This document shows positions 55,101-63,670 of a stretch of 64,000 bases of DNA, piece after piece. This DNA comes from a virus: positions 32,001 through 96,000 of IMG/VR virus record IMGVR_UViG_3300043449_002688. The stretch is one strand, 5' to 3'. The translations under genes and the position numbers were made by a program. Position 1 is the stretch's first letter; every line of letters starts with the position of its first letter. Below the pieces are notes generated by a model. The model worked only from the letters and a program-made list of their open reading frames with translations, was not told where the DNA came from and made no database searches.

Positions 55101-56930
55101 CATTACCATTTCGCTAAATGTAGCAGCAAGGCTTCCGTTTTGGGCTGGGTTACTTGAAATTTCAATTTCAGTAGTAGAGTTTATTTGAACTACAATTGCA
55201 TCAATATCAGCATTTTTAATCTTCATGCCAACTTTTAAAGTTGAAGTATCAGAAACAGTTACTACCCGACTGCTGGAAGTATAAGTTACAGCTAAGCTTT
55301 GAGGAGCAACAAAAACATGTTCTTTTGCTTCGATTTTTAATTGATTAGAAGAATATGGAACACAACTGCTAATAACGTAAAACGGAGAATGAGGCTCTCT
55401 TAAAGAACCGTCAAGACTTGCCGCAGCGCTTGTTGCAGAAGTTGTACCGCTAAGATAAAGTCCAGTAGCGAAAGTAAATTGTGTAATAACGCCGCCAACT
55501 TTAGCAACGCTAAGAACTTGATGAACGCCATTTGGAGCTTTTGAACCTGTAATAGCAAGGCCAGTTACTTCTACCCAATCCCCAACTTTATAAGGATGAG
55601 CAGTGCTTGTTGTTACAGTTACTAAACTGTAGAGATTAGTAGTTGCAGTAGATTTTATATCAAAAGTCCAAGAAGAAATAATTGTGCTATTTGAGCTGCT
55701 AAATGCTTTTCTTGAAAGTATTCCATATTTGTTTGGACTAAAATCAAAATTATCTAAAGTCCAATCGACCGCTAAAGGCTGATATACTCGTCTTACTTGA
55801 AGAGTTTCAGGATGAATAAAAGCAGCAGAAGTAAGGGAATTGATAACTAATTGAGAGTTATTATATGAAACAAGAGTAGCTTTAGTTCCAGAAGTTAATC
55901 CTTTAACATAAAGCTCACCAATTCTAATACTAGGATCAGCAACAACTGATTGGAATTTACCAGTGCTAGGAACGCTAGTTTCTAATATAAGGTTATAAGA
56001 AATTTCTCCAGCGCCAGTAAATACTGAGCCAGCAGTATCCCACCAAGTATTAAAACTATTTGGAGCATTTCCAGTAAACTTAGAATTTACATACCAGTAA
56101 TCTGAGCCATCAATTTCTTTAAATCGGCTCATTACTGCGTCCATCCATTGCTTAAAATTAGTGATAGCAAAATCACCATAATTAAACGCATCAGGAGATG
56201 CAGACATTCCAACTGTTAAAGGATTTGAATTAAGTGTACCATCAGTATTAACCCACTCTCTTCTTGGATTAATACCGTTTTGCGTATTATTATAGTTACC
56301 CCAATTAAAAGTATTTTGAGGATTAGGGTTAGAACCTCCGCTGCCTAAACGGAATAAAGAAGGGACAGCTTTTGTAGCCCATTCAAATTGATTTGCTCCG
56401 TTGATTTTAACAGTATAAAGAGGTAAGTTAGTTCCAAAACCATTTGAAGTAATTACAAAACGATAATCTAAAATTTTACCAATTGGTACTGATCTTTGAA
56501 ACTCTAATCCTTGCGAAGGAGACCAACCTGCTGTTTGATCTACTGTTGCGGTATCGGTAATGCGACGATAATCAAGGGCAACGTAGTTTACTACTCCAGG
56601 CTGAAAAGAACCGATAACTTTAGAGTTTGTTGCAGCATTTAAAACTTCTGAAGATAATCCTGGAGGGGTAATTAAGATAGTTCCTGATTCAGTAGCAGAA
56701 GAATGTAAAACAACTGAATCAGCTACCTTAATACTAATATTTTGAGCAGTAGTAACAACTTGAGGAATTATTAAATCAAACCCTCTAACTAGATAAGGTT
56801 GATTAATTCCAGTAAAAAGTCCTCTTAATAAAGAGTCAAAATCATATGAAGTTGCTGACTCAATTGATCTTAAATGGGGAATATCAAATCGCATTCCTGA
56901 ATAAGCGTTTAACCGTCTACCTACTGCCAT
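52179..56930 (-). CDS. Large virion structural protein (baseplate/tail-associated)
   Basis: 1583 aa, beta-rich; VTVTTSTAHPYKVGDWVEVTG-type modules; late motif upstream. Confidence 0.6.
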   Translation of the reverse strand: MAVGRRLNAYSGMRFDIPHLRSIESATSYDFDSLLRGLFTGINQPYLVRGFDLIIPQVVTTAQNISIKVADSVVLHSSATESGTILITPPGLSSEVLNAATNSKVIGSFQPGVVNYVALDYRRITDTATVDQTAGWSPSQGLEFQRSVPIGKILDYRFVITSNGFGTNLPLYTVKINGANQFEWATKAVPSLFRLGSGGSNPNPQNTFNWGNYNNTQNGINPRREWVNTDGTLNSNPLTVGMSASPDAFNYGDFAITNFKQWMDAVMSRFKEIDGSDYWYVNSKFTGNAPNSFNTWWDTAGSVFTGAGEISYNLILETSVPSTGKFQSVVADPSIRIGELYVKGLTSGTKATLVSYNNSQLVINSLTSAAFIHPETLQVRRVYQPLAVDWTLDNFDFSPNKYGILSRKAFSSSNSTIISSWTFDIKSTATTNLYSLVTVTTSTAHPYKVGDWVEVTGLAITGSKAPNGVHQVLSVAKVGGVITQFTFATGLYLSGTTSATSAAASLDGSLREPHSPFYVISSCVPYSSNQLKIEAKEHVFVAPQSLAVTYTSSSRVVTVSDTSTLKVGMKIKNADIDAIVVQINSTTEIEISSNPAQNGSLAATFSEMVMIKGLSATGVTEDELNGMFTIDLITSQREIVVTLANNAPLVINLNSASIEPILFETVVSVSGANQTDYNAENVKGLIIGGGDFTYVLGPDTLPPLDPASGSLSFDAIIATATVLDPVLVKEITYDHTLKEVIIETFTEHNVINGQGQVITIYGNSSLSPLIRTYDNVTVVALTNKIYKLTAGDVNTAFGGPIPDYENPTGINQVYSRFLDNPYSGPVEWTGDILIKGIIGEIGFVIPQSATMVSINEDPDVSPLADRFNVNTTGTAYLQDGEVLFAKLERNILASNGAVYSTVGGQIFSTPTALTDKNEVLLEPGDWIKWQDEDESKWLRIKTITTSQVVLELENGQAPNDIIRPAKSGPIVYCKGIYDKLYVKKHSLVDVTADVYWIAVRRDSQNKSKVYFRGLEIEAGEVRQISDTVNSNILTYIGAANEGSTVPNYSTSGSGETAFVKELTVSFLHSQTRMITVTDGPEKGFQVNDILIDENLVYYTVKSVLSTRTVIVNEPIGVGVYIGSSITYERVNRFIEDQDNLTLALRKEDRQVGYVDTVLNRPIYDENVYLQQITFNGTGVIKSGEYIWKGTDINNPTALAWVLHGTNNTNDLFAESSEQMPGGDFGSNSAIIHIIFGTFAVSDTVYQGAIVGGVSRSVSSVSSPEIPGGNGTTTGTELVLPPNKRTQVFGAGYVVWPTHSTYKQSGEIELMGEELLVIVNDGIRHAGIDYRETFGGPKAKIKLIRTLPPNTRMRFRVQSSYGSAVAAKAGDASLQSAYNVGATILNSPNRPVQITAANASTGETAEIIRGSLEINGSSGIGGIFNEGSTDQGFVIGKETNKPKEVWSGLDAVKSHSSYPNSAWKRATAAQTVIGDSATIITGSAIALAEGQAYRIRINAVARRSDGTLGVSSFVLEGTFYMTGGVVYAAGSPVSVINGCTGDGYNYAAAFGIQGTNVVLAVYGAPSASVEWAIGMDWQAIGSPS

Positions 56931-56958
56931 AACATCTCCAATTTATTGAATATCTTAA

Positions 56959-56970
56959 AGATTAGGGTTA
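56959..56970 (-). promoter_or_regulatory. Late-promoter-like motif
   Basis: TAACCCTAATCT upstream of ATG 56930. Confidence 0.65.
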
Positions 56971-57426
56971 TTATATTGTTAATCCAGGAGTAACTAAAAT
57001 TCCATCAAAATTAAGATTTACTTGAACTATACCTTTTGCCGCAATATTTAAGCTGTACGATCCAACTTTACAATATTCGCAAGAAACTACCAAATTTGAA
57101 GTATCTCTATCGTAAATATCAAAAGCTAAATATTTAGACGCGGCCATTAAATTTTCTCCAGCCCCACCTTGTCTCATAGGGACCAAACCTAATGATTCAG
57201 GAGTTGTTCCTTTAGGCAAATATATAGTTAAATTGCCTCGAACCTGCGAAGGTCCGGCAGATTGGGCTATTTCTGCAGGCAACGGACTATCTACTGTATA
57301 AATAGCTTTTTGTCCTTGAGTAACAGTATAAGAAAAAGAAGAAGCATACCCGATAACTTTGCTGTTCCCATCTTCATACCTAACTTTAAGTAAAAGACTT
57401 GCTGCTGTATGCAATAAAGATTTCAT
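56971..57426 (-). CDS. Tail tube-like protein
   Basis: 151 aa beta-rich; IGYASSFSYT..IYTVDSPLPAEI pattern; structural context. Confidence 0.45.
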   Translation of the reverse strand: MKSLLHTAASLLLKVRYEDGNSKVIGYASSFSYTVTQGQKAIYTVDSPLPAEIAQSAGPSQVRGNLTIYLPKGTTPESLGLVPMRQGGAGENLMAASKYLAFDIYDRDTSNLVVSCEYCKVGSYSLNIAAKGIVQVNLNFDGILVTPGLTI

Positions 57427-57666
57427 TTATGTATTTCCTGTAATATTTGCAAAATAAAAAACTTTAAAATCTTTTATGCCATATTTTTTAGCAGAATAAT
57501 TAATCATTTTCATTTTAGTTAAAAACCTTAAATGGATGCTGCTGGTCTCTTTTTGTTTCCAACTTTTATCTTCTACTAAATAAATATCTTGAAGAACTTC
57601 TAAATAATCATATAAAGTTTTTTCAACCATTAAATTGGCTTGAATTTGCATTTCTTTAGTAGACAT
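57427..57666 (-). CDS. Hypothetical protein
   Basis: TAATG overlap. Confidence 0.55.
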   Translation of the reverse strand: MSTKEMQIQANLMVEKTLYDYLEVLQDIYLVEDKSWKQKETSSIHLRFLTKMKMINYSAKKYGIKDFKVFYFANITGNT

Positions 57667-59900
57667 TAGCTTTCACCCCAAATATTAACTTTATCGCTTA
57701 CTGGAGGATTATCAATATCAGAACCTAATCCCATATTGCCAAGATTTTTATCAGAAGGATAAATTATAATTATCTCTAAGCGAATCCCAACCGCAACAAT
57801 AGAGCGAATTAATTCTTCCGCAAAAATTCTACCATCTGCGGTTCCAGTTAAATATACTCCATAATCAGTCCCATCTTCTTGAGGCTGGTAAGCTTTTGAA
57901 TCGCTTAAAACAGTTACATCTGATAAAGAATCGTGACTATATTTAAAAGAATATGAAGGATCAAGAACTAAAGTTGTAAGAGCGTTTTCTATAACAGGAA
58001 TACAAGTGCCAGAAGTTTCATAAGCAGTTGCAGAAGGAAATTTTGTAAATGTAAAAACATTGGTAGAAGGAGTTCCAATAACAGTCCAACTTCCGTTGAA
58101 GTTAACGGTGTTTGAAATTAAAATATTTTCTCCGGCAATAGCGCCATGAGAGCCTATTGTGGTGACAGTAACAGTATTTCCTACTTGAGAAATAGTTGAA
58201 ATATCTACAGGCGTTAAATTAGAAATACTTTGCGCATTTAAATATGTTACTGGACCTTCTTGAGTTTCTTTATTTAAATCAAAAAGCAAATATCCTCCTT
58301 CCGAAGGAAAATTTCCTTCTGCTAAAAGAGTAGTTTTAATTTGCCCACCTATAATTTTTTCCCTAATTGTACCGTAAAAACTAGTTAAAGTATAAGGCGC
58401 TGCAGGATCTATAATATAAGGTCCAGGAAAAGGAGTATCAGGATTATCTTCCGGCATGTTAGCGACATTTACAGAAACTATTTCGTCTGAAATAATTCTA
58501 TTCCATTGATCAACAACTCCGGTTAGTCCATGCGGCTCAAGGCAAACTACAGTGGTGTACCCATTTTCTCTAAAAATATAATCAATAGGAGTTGAGTTTA
58601 AAGTTCCACCAAAACCCGCTGCATCGCTACCGTTTTGTTTATAACGAACAACTCTATCATTTACGATTTGTATTTTATTTTCAATTTCAGTTGTAGAACC
58701 CCAACTTCCATTAAATTCACCTTTACCGTACAAAAAATGTAAATGGGAAGCTCCAATCAAAGCTCGCTTAACAACTTTAGTTGTTGCTGGCATATAAACT
58801 TTTAATAATTTTGAGGTAGGTTCCCAAGCTAATGCATATCTGGCCTGAGAATAAGGAGTATTTTTTCTTGGTAAAAAGAATTTTAAATCATCAAAACTGC
58901 TTTGAGTTACTCTAAATCTATAATCGTTTGATTCAGGAGGGTCTATATCGGGAGCTGAAGATTTCAGCGCAGTAAAATCTGGTATTTCTATCTCAAAATA
59001 TCCTGCATTACTGGCTACTGTACTTAAAGGTGGAAATCCTGATGTAGAAGGTGGAGCAATTTTTGTAACTTCAAAAGTCCCTTCAATGCCATAGCTTTGA
59101 AAACCTTGGCCATAAATCATAACATTATCGCCAACAAAAGCTTGATCTAACTTAGGTTTTGGTCCAGATATCCAACGAAATCTATAAGTCGAACCTACGT
59201 TTCGAGTAATTTCCCAAACTGTAGTATTGCCTTCTTCTAAAAAAGTATCTCTTATGATAGGGAATTCTAATTGATTTTGAATTCTGCCGCCAAGAATTTG
59301 TATATAAGAATATGGGCCTTTGGCTCCGCCATAAATGCGAACATATTCTAATCCTGATTCTGGGTCAATAATAACTTCTGCGTACCCATTTAACCCAAAG
59401 CTTCTGATAAAGTTAGTAATAACATTTGCCAATTCTGGGGCAGTTGCCTGTTGAATGTTTTCAAATTCTGCTTCAGAAATAACTAATGTGAGGATTTGAT
59501 CATTTTCTAATGCAAAAGTTAAATCATCTCCATCAGCTAATTGATATGGACCTGCAATACTAGAAGTGCAATGCGCTCTAACGGCTTCATCTCCGTAAAA
59601 AGTGCTTAAAATTGCATGAATTGATTCGGTAATTTGTTTTTGGGCGTTTACTTGTATGCCCATTTGCTTAAAGGCTAGATCTTCCATCCCAAGCTCTGGT
59701 GGTCTAACAATACCAAGAGCTGACATGTTTTTATCTAAATAAACGCCAGAAGAGGCAGTTATAGTTAATTGGTCGTTAACGGCAATGGAAAGCTGTTCTT
59801 GTTTTTCAGCTTCATCAGCAAGAGCGCCAAGAATAGCATCGAAATTTTCCCCTTGAATAAAGGGGCTAATAAACTGTCTAAGAAACGCCTTTTTGTCCAT
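57666..59900 (-). CDS. Baseplate wedge-like structural protein
   Basis: N-terminal ASSGVYLD..LGIVRP..D..F and C-terminal IVAVGIRL typical of wedge proteins. Confidence 0.55.
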   Translation of the reverse strand: MDKKAFLRQFISPFIQGENFDAILGALADEAEKQEQLSIAVNDQLTITASSGVYLDKNMSALGIVRPPELGMEDLAFKQMGIQVNAQKQITESIHAILSTFYGDEAVRAHCTSSIAGPYQLADGDDLTFALENDQILTLVISEAEFENIQQATAPELANVITNFIRSFGLNGYAEVIIDPESGLEYVRIYGGAKGPYSYIQILGGRIQNQLEFPIIRDTFLEEGNTTVWEITRNVGSTYRFRWISGPKPKLDQAFVGDNVMIYGQGFQSYGIEGTFEVTKIAPPSTSGFPPLSTVASNAGYFEIEIPDFTALKSSAPDIDPPESNDYRFRVTQSSFDDLKFFLPRKNTPYSQARYALAWEPTSKLLKVYMPATTKVVKRALIGASHLHFLYGKGEFNGSWGSTTEIENKIQIVNDRVVRYKQNGSDAAGFGGTLNSTPIDYIFRENGYTTVVCLEPHGLTGVVDQWNRIISDEIVSVNVANMPEDNPDTPFPGPYIIDPAAPYTLTSFYGTIREKIIGGQIKTTLLAEGNFPSEGGYLLFDLNKETQEGPVTYLNAQSISNLTPVDISTISQVGNTVTVTTIGSHGAIAGENILISNTVNFNGSWTVIGTPSTNVFTFTKFPSATAYETSGTCIPVIENALTTLVLDPSYSFKYSHDSLSDVTVLSDSKAYQPQEDGTDYGVYLTGTADGRIFAEELIRSIVAVGIRLEIIIIYPSDKNLGNMGLGSDIDNPPVSDKVNIWGES

Positions 59901-59910
59901 TATTTCAATA

Positions 59911-59921
59911 AGATTAGGCTA
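59911..59921 (-). promoter_or_regulatory. Late-promoter-like motif
   Basis: TAGCCTAATCT upstream of ATG 59900. Confidence 0.55.
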
Positions 59922-60143
59922 TTAAAATCTAACCTTTGCAGCTAGTTTGGCAAAATAAACTCGTGCTTCTAAAGAGAATTTAGAGTCTACAGCAAGCAGA
60001 ATTAAAGCCTTGTCTAGGCTTAAGTTATGTTTATGCCTGTAAGCTTCAACTACAGCCCTCAAGTTCTTTTCCATTTCTAAGCCAATTTCACCGAATTTTG
60101 TTATTTTTTGCTGCTCCACTACGGGACACTGTAATTTGTTCAT
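59922..60143 (-). CDS. Hypothetical protein
   Basis: ORF in operon. Confidence 0.55.
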   Translation of the reverse strand: MNKLQCPVVEQQKITKFGEIGLEMEKNLRAVVEAYRHKHNLSLDKALILLAVDSKFSLEARVYFAKLAAKVRF

Positions 60144-60280
60144 TCTTCTTCCACCTTAATATACCCAATTTCTTCAGAAATCATAACAATTTTAAGTAAT
60201 TCCGACTCTTGCTCGACTAAAGAAGAAATAACTTCATTGCCAACTGAAGTAATTAAAAGCTCGACTTGCTCTTTAGTCAT
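60140..60280 (-). CDS. Small acidic protein (46 aa, not in ORF track)
   Basis: MTKEQVELLITSVGNEV...KVEEE; ATGA overlaps at both ends. Confidence 0.5.
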   Translation of the reverse strand: MTKEQVELLITSVGNEVISSLVEQESELLKIVMISEEIGYIKVEEE

Positions 60281-60513
60281 GTATTTTCCTTTGCTTGGTT
60301 TAATTTTTCTTCTAAGTCTTTAACAATTTTTCTTAATTGGACAATTTCTTCAATTAGAGCACAATATAAATGGGCGTCATTATCGACCAAATTTGTATAT
60401 CTTGTAACCGTTACTTGAAATGTGCTATCTTTAGCTAAGATAACTTCATCGAAAAAATTTGGTTTTGCAGGAACAACAAAAGTGGTTTTATTTTCTGTTT
60501 TTGGATCTTCCAC
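60277..60513 (-). CDS. Hypothetical coiled-coil protein
   Basis: GAGG RBS; GTG start. Confidence 0.55.
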   Translation of the reverse strand: MEDPKTENKTTFVVPAKPNFFDEVILAKDSTFQVTVTRYTNLVDNDAHLYCALIEEIVQLRKIVKDLEEKLNQAKENT

Positions 60514-60530
60514 AATTACCTCAAAAAGTT

Positions 60531-60595
60531 AAAAACGTAGGGAACAAGTTTGTTAGAATTCCGTCTTTTTAAATTAACCTGTCCCCTACATTTTT
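60531..60595 (-). terminator. 20-bp hairpin (terminator or small RNA)
   Basis: - strand AAAAAUGUAGGGGACAGGUU / AACUUGUUCCCUACGUUUUU; the three non-Watson-Crick pairs are G-U on the - strand. Confidence 0.55.
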
Positions 60596-60606
60596 GTTAA
60601 TTGTAA

Positions 60607-60780
60607 TTAATTTAAAAGAAAAGCCAATTTCATCATTACAGCTATAAATACTGGGGAAGTAAAGGCTATTATTGCTGATGAGACAACAAAATTTGCAATA
60701 TCTGTTTCTGGCTCAGAAATATATTCATTACCTTCTTTGTCCACAAAAATATAGTCTTCTTTGCAGTATTCTTTAAACAT
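60607..60780 (-). CDS. Small protein with C-terminal TM (57 aa, not in ORF track)
   Basis: AAGG RBS; MFKEYCKEDYIFVDKEGNEY...LAFLLN. Confidence 0.5.
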   Translation of the reverse strand: MFKEYCKEDYIFVDKEGNEYISEPETDIANFVVSSAIIAFTSPVFIAVMMKLAFLLN

Positions 60781-60856
60781 AAAAACCTTTCTGTTTAAAA
60801 GGTACTTATTTAGTGTAGCTTATATTTTTATAAAAACAACAAAAAATAAATAAAAG

Positions 60857-60931
60857 CGCGGCAAATAACGGTTAACGGTCCTTTTACTCTTATATGGGTT
60901 GAAGGTTCACCAAATTTTACGTTACTGCCGC
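60857..60931 (-). ncRNA. Putative small structured RNA (RNA-C, about 75 nt)
   Basis: Closing stem GCGGCAG/TTGCCGC plus TAACG/CGTTA; same spacer and trailer as RNA-A/B. Confidence 0.4.
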
Positions 60932-60951
60932 AAAAATAATATTAACAAAAG

Positions 60952-61107
60952 TGTGGTAGGCAGGGCGCGATTCCTGCTCTAATCGTCATTAGTCAACCGC
61001 ATCGGAACGTCTCCGAGTCTAGGTTAGCGTGTCTCCAGTGGCGGTTCAATTTATTGTTTATAACTGGCTGCCGCCCCAGTCACCACAGCTTTCCACGCCG
61101 CTACCAC
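60952..61107 (-). ncRNA. tRNA-like structured ncRNA (RNA-B, about 156 nt)
   Basis: 7-bp GTGGTAG/CTACCAC stem; GGCGTGGAA...GACACGC; T-arm-like GCAGG-AATCGCGC-CCTGC; several internal hairpins. Confidence 0.75.
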
Positions 61108-61126
61108 AAAATAATATTAGCTAAAG

Positions 61127-61319
61127 CGAGACCAGCCAGACGCGACCCTGGCTACGAGCGTACTGAGGTTCAACAGCTACCAGGGACGTATCCCATGCAA
61201 GTGATTACCCTCGTCTTCGGCTCCGAGTATTGTCTTCTCTCTGCGTGTCCCAGAGTGAGCAGCTAACGCATCTCCTGACGAATTCTGTTCACCACTCAGC
61301 GACTTCACGCCTTGGTCTC
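61127..61319 (-). ncRNA. tRNA-like structured ncRNA (RNA-A, about 193 nt)
   Basis: 7-bp GAGACCA/TGGTCTC stem; GGCGTGAA...GACACGC; T-arm-like GCCAG-GGTCGCGT-CTGGC; GGGA-TACG-TCCC hairpin. Confidence 0.75.
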
Positions 61320-61331
61320 AAGAATAAACTA

Positions 61332-62294
61332 TCACAATCTGCTACCATTTTCAAGAGCAGTATTACTACTAACTTGAACAACAACAGCTTTTTCTCTAAA
61401 TTCTCTAATATTGCTTGCGCCTACATAAGTAAAAGCACTTCGAATTCCGCCTTCAATGTCTTGCATTACATCTTTAACAGTAGAGGTAACTTTAACATGC
61501 CCAGAAACACCTTCTGCCGTTCTCCAGTCAGCCAATTTATTTTGAACAGCATAAGATTCTTGGGAAGCACTGCCCCTATATGTTTTATGTCCATTGATAT
61601 TAGGTGCAGCAGATTCTTCTGTTTGGGCAAGCATTTTGCCTACCATTACAGCTTCAGCTCCTGCGGCTAAAGCCTTTACTACATCGCCTGCAGACTTGAT
61701 TCCGCCATCAGCAATAACGTAATGCACTTTAGCGCATTCTTTTACGGCACTAAATTGCGGCATCCCTACGCCAGTTTTAATTCTAGTAGTACAAGCCGCT
61801 CCAGGACCAATTCCAACCTTAAAAGCAGTAATGTTATACCCTTTGCTGCGTTTCAAAAATTCTTCTACGGAAGAAGCGGTAGCAAAATTGCCTACAATTA
61901 ATTCTACGTCATAACGATCTAATAGCCATTTTGCTTGATCTACAACCTGTTGTTGTGCCCCATGAGCTACATCAATAATAAAACGATAAGCTCCACTAAC
62001 TGCTAAAGCAGCGGCTCGCTCTCGCTCTAATTCTCCCATACCGATTGATACCCAAGTTTCTTTAGGAGAGTTTTTATATAAATTTATGTTTTCTTTAATA
62101 TCGGCAAAACGATGAAGGCAGCCCACACCTCCGGCATTTGTCATAGCATGAGCCATATTAGGTCCAGTAACAGAATCCATATTGGCTGAGATTACTGGTA
62201 TTTTTAAACCAAAACTACTAACGTCTACATCTTTTCTTGAGTTTATTTCTGAAAACTGTGGCAAAATTAGAACATCATCATAGGTCAAAAGCAT
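61332..62294 (-). CDS. guaB: IMP dehydrogenase / GMP reductase family protein without CBS domains (IMPDH vs GMPR unresolved)
   Basis: TYDDVLILP, SANMDSVT, IDVAHG, KVGIGPGAACTTR, IADGGI, YRGSAS. Confidence 0.85.
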   Translation of the reverse strand: MLLTYDDVLILPQFSEINSRKDVDVSSFGLKIPVISANMDSVTGPNMAHAMTNAGGVGCLHRFADIKENINLYKNSPKETWVSIGMGELERERAAALAVSGAYRFIIDVAHGAQQQVVDQAKWLLDRYDVELIVGNFATASSVEEFLKRSKGYNITAFKVGIGPGAACTTRIKTGVGMPQFSAVKECAKVHYVIADGGIKSAGDVVKALAAGAEAVMVGKMLAQTEESAAPNINGHKTYRGSASQESYAVQNKLADWRTAEGVSGHVKVTSTVKDVMQDIEGGIRSAFTYVGASNIREFREKAVVVQVSSNTALENGSRL

Positions 62295-62345
62295 TGAAGC
62301 TCCAATGAGGTTAGGTTTGGTTAAAAAGTCAAAGAACTGTTTTTA

Positions 62346-63500
62346 TTATTTCACTGAGGTCATTGCATTTTCAATCAAAACTTCATACTTGGAAATATTT
62401 TCAGGATTGTTTATCATATATCTGTAAGCAAATTCTCGTGACTTCTTAAGATACTTTTCATTTGGATGCTCAACGCTATCAAAATGCTTAGCAATATAAT
62501 TTATATGCTCTACAGCAATAACGGAATTGTTTTCTGGATAATACCAGCCTAAATCTTTCATCATAGGGCTGTTGTGAACTACAGGCCAGCCAAGCCAAGC
62601 AGCATCAAGATAAAGATAATTTAATTCGCAACCATTTTGATGGCAAAGTAAAATATCTACGTGTTTATACAGTGACCAAACAACTGGATATCGTGCTTCG
62701 AATGTCATCTTTTTGGCTTTATAAATATCTAGCCCAATAGCAAAGTTAATTAGGTCTTTTTTCTTTTTAACTTCTGCTGCACCAAATACTTTCATGTCGC
62801 CAACTGATTCAGGATATTTTCTGTATAATAATTCCGCAGTAATGATAGGAACTGAGCAAGTTTTAACCATATTTAGGTTGGGCTCCATAGTTGCTATTTT
62901 CTTTGCTTGAACCCCATTTGGCGCATAAACTCCATTGTAATCTGAGTTTTCTTTTTTTAAGACTTCAACGTGATGTTGGATAAACCTTGGGTCCCAGATA
63001 TATGGTCCTTCTAAAACTGGACAATCAAACATTGCTTCAAAAAAGTAACGATCTCGATCATAAAAATGGCCGCTCATCCAAATAGCGCTCAAATGAGGGT
63101 TTCTTGAATAAATCCCACTAGTAGGAAGATTAAATAACATAACCTCGTTAAACATATTAAGTTCTGCTCCAAGAACTTGCTTAACGATTTTTTTACCTTT
63201 GCTTTTAAAGTGAGCATATTCATCTAAATGTAAACTGCCATGACAAACTACAATTAGATCGCACTTTTCTTCAATCTCTTCTAATGGAATTATGTAATCA
63301 GCGTAAGGCTCCCAAGACGTATTTTTAAAACTTTCTTTTGTTACGTTGGGATGGGCATTGATGATATATGCATTGTTGACGTTTTTACATTTAGAATACA
63401 TTTCTCTAAGCAAAATAACATTTTGCCTAATGCCATTGCTAAATAACGAATCTTCTTTAGGGTTTTTAATAATTATTGTAATGCCAACATTATATTTCAT
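62346..63500 (-). CDS. DUF2827-like (GT-B glycosyltransferase-like) protein
   Basis: SLFSNGIRQN, PYIWDP, EPNLNMVK, HQ..CELNYLYLD..WLGWPVVHNS...GWYY. Confidence 0.7.
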   Translation of the reverse strand: MKYNVGITIIIKNPKEDSLFSNGIRQNVILLREMYSKCKNVNNAYIINAHPNVTKESFKNTSWEPYADYIIPLEEIEEKCDLIVVCHGSLHLDEYAHFKSKGKKIVKQVLGAELNMFNEVMLFNLPTSGIYSRNPHLSAIWMSGHFYDRDRYFFEAMFDCPVLEGPYIWDPRFIQHHVEVLKKENSDYNGVYAPNGVQAKKIATMEPNLNMVKTCSVPIITAELLYRKYPESVGDMKVFGAAEVKKKKDLINFAIGLDIYKAKKMTFEARYPVVWSLYKHVDILLCHQNGCELNYLYLDAAWLGWPVVHNSPMMKDLGWYYPENNSVIAVEHINYIAKHFDSVEHPNEKYLKKSREFAYRYMINNPENISKYEVLIENAMTSVK

Positions 63501-63670
63501 TTTGCCGCCTTAGATTGTGTTTATTTATAATTAATATACTTGCAAAAAGACTTAAAATCAAGTTTAATTGTCTTTAATGAGAATATCTAAAATTGATACA
63601 TTTGTAAAAAATACTTGATTATTTTTGTTAGTATGATATTCTATGTTTGTACCTAACCAAAGGAGCTTTT

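Noticed and set aside
60952-61319. tmRNA, RNase P RNA or canonical tRNAs
   Set aside because: No GGGG..GAC / TTCGA..CCACCA tmRNA ends, no RNase P P4 consensus, no 7-nt anticodon or TTC loops
61054-61670. ORFs 61054-61266 and 61230-61670
   Set aside because: No RBS and atypical composition; they overlap the structured RNAs and are antisense to guaB
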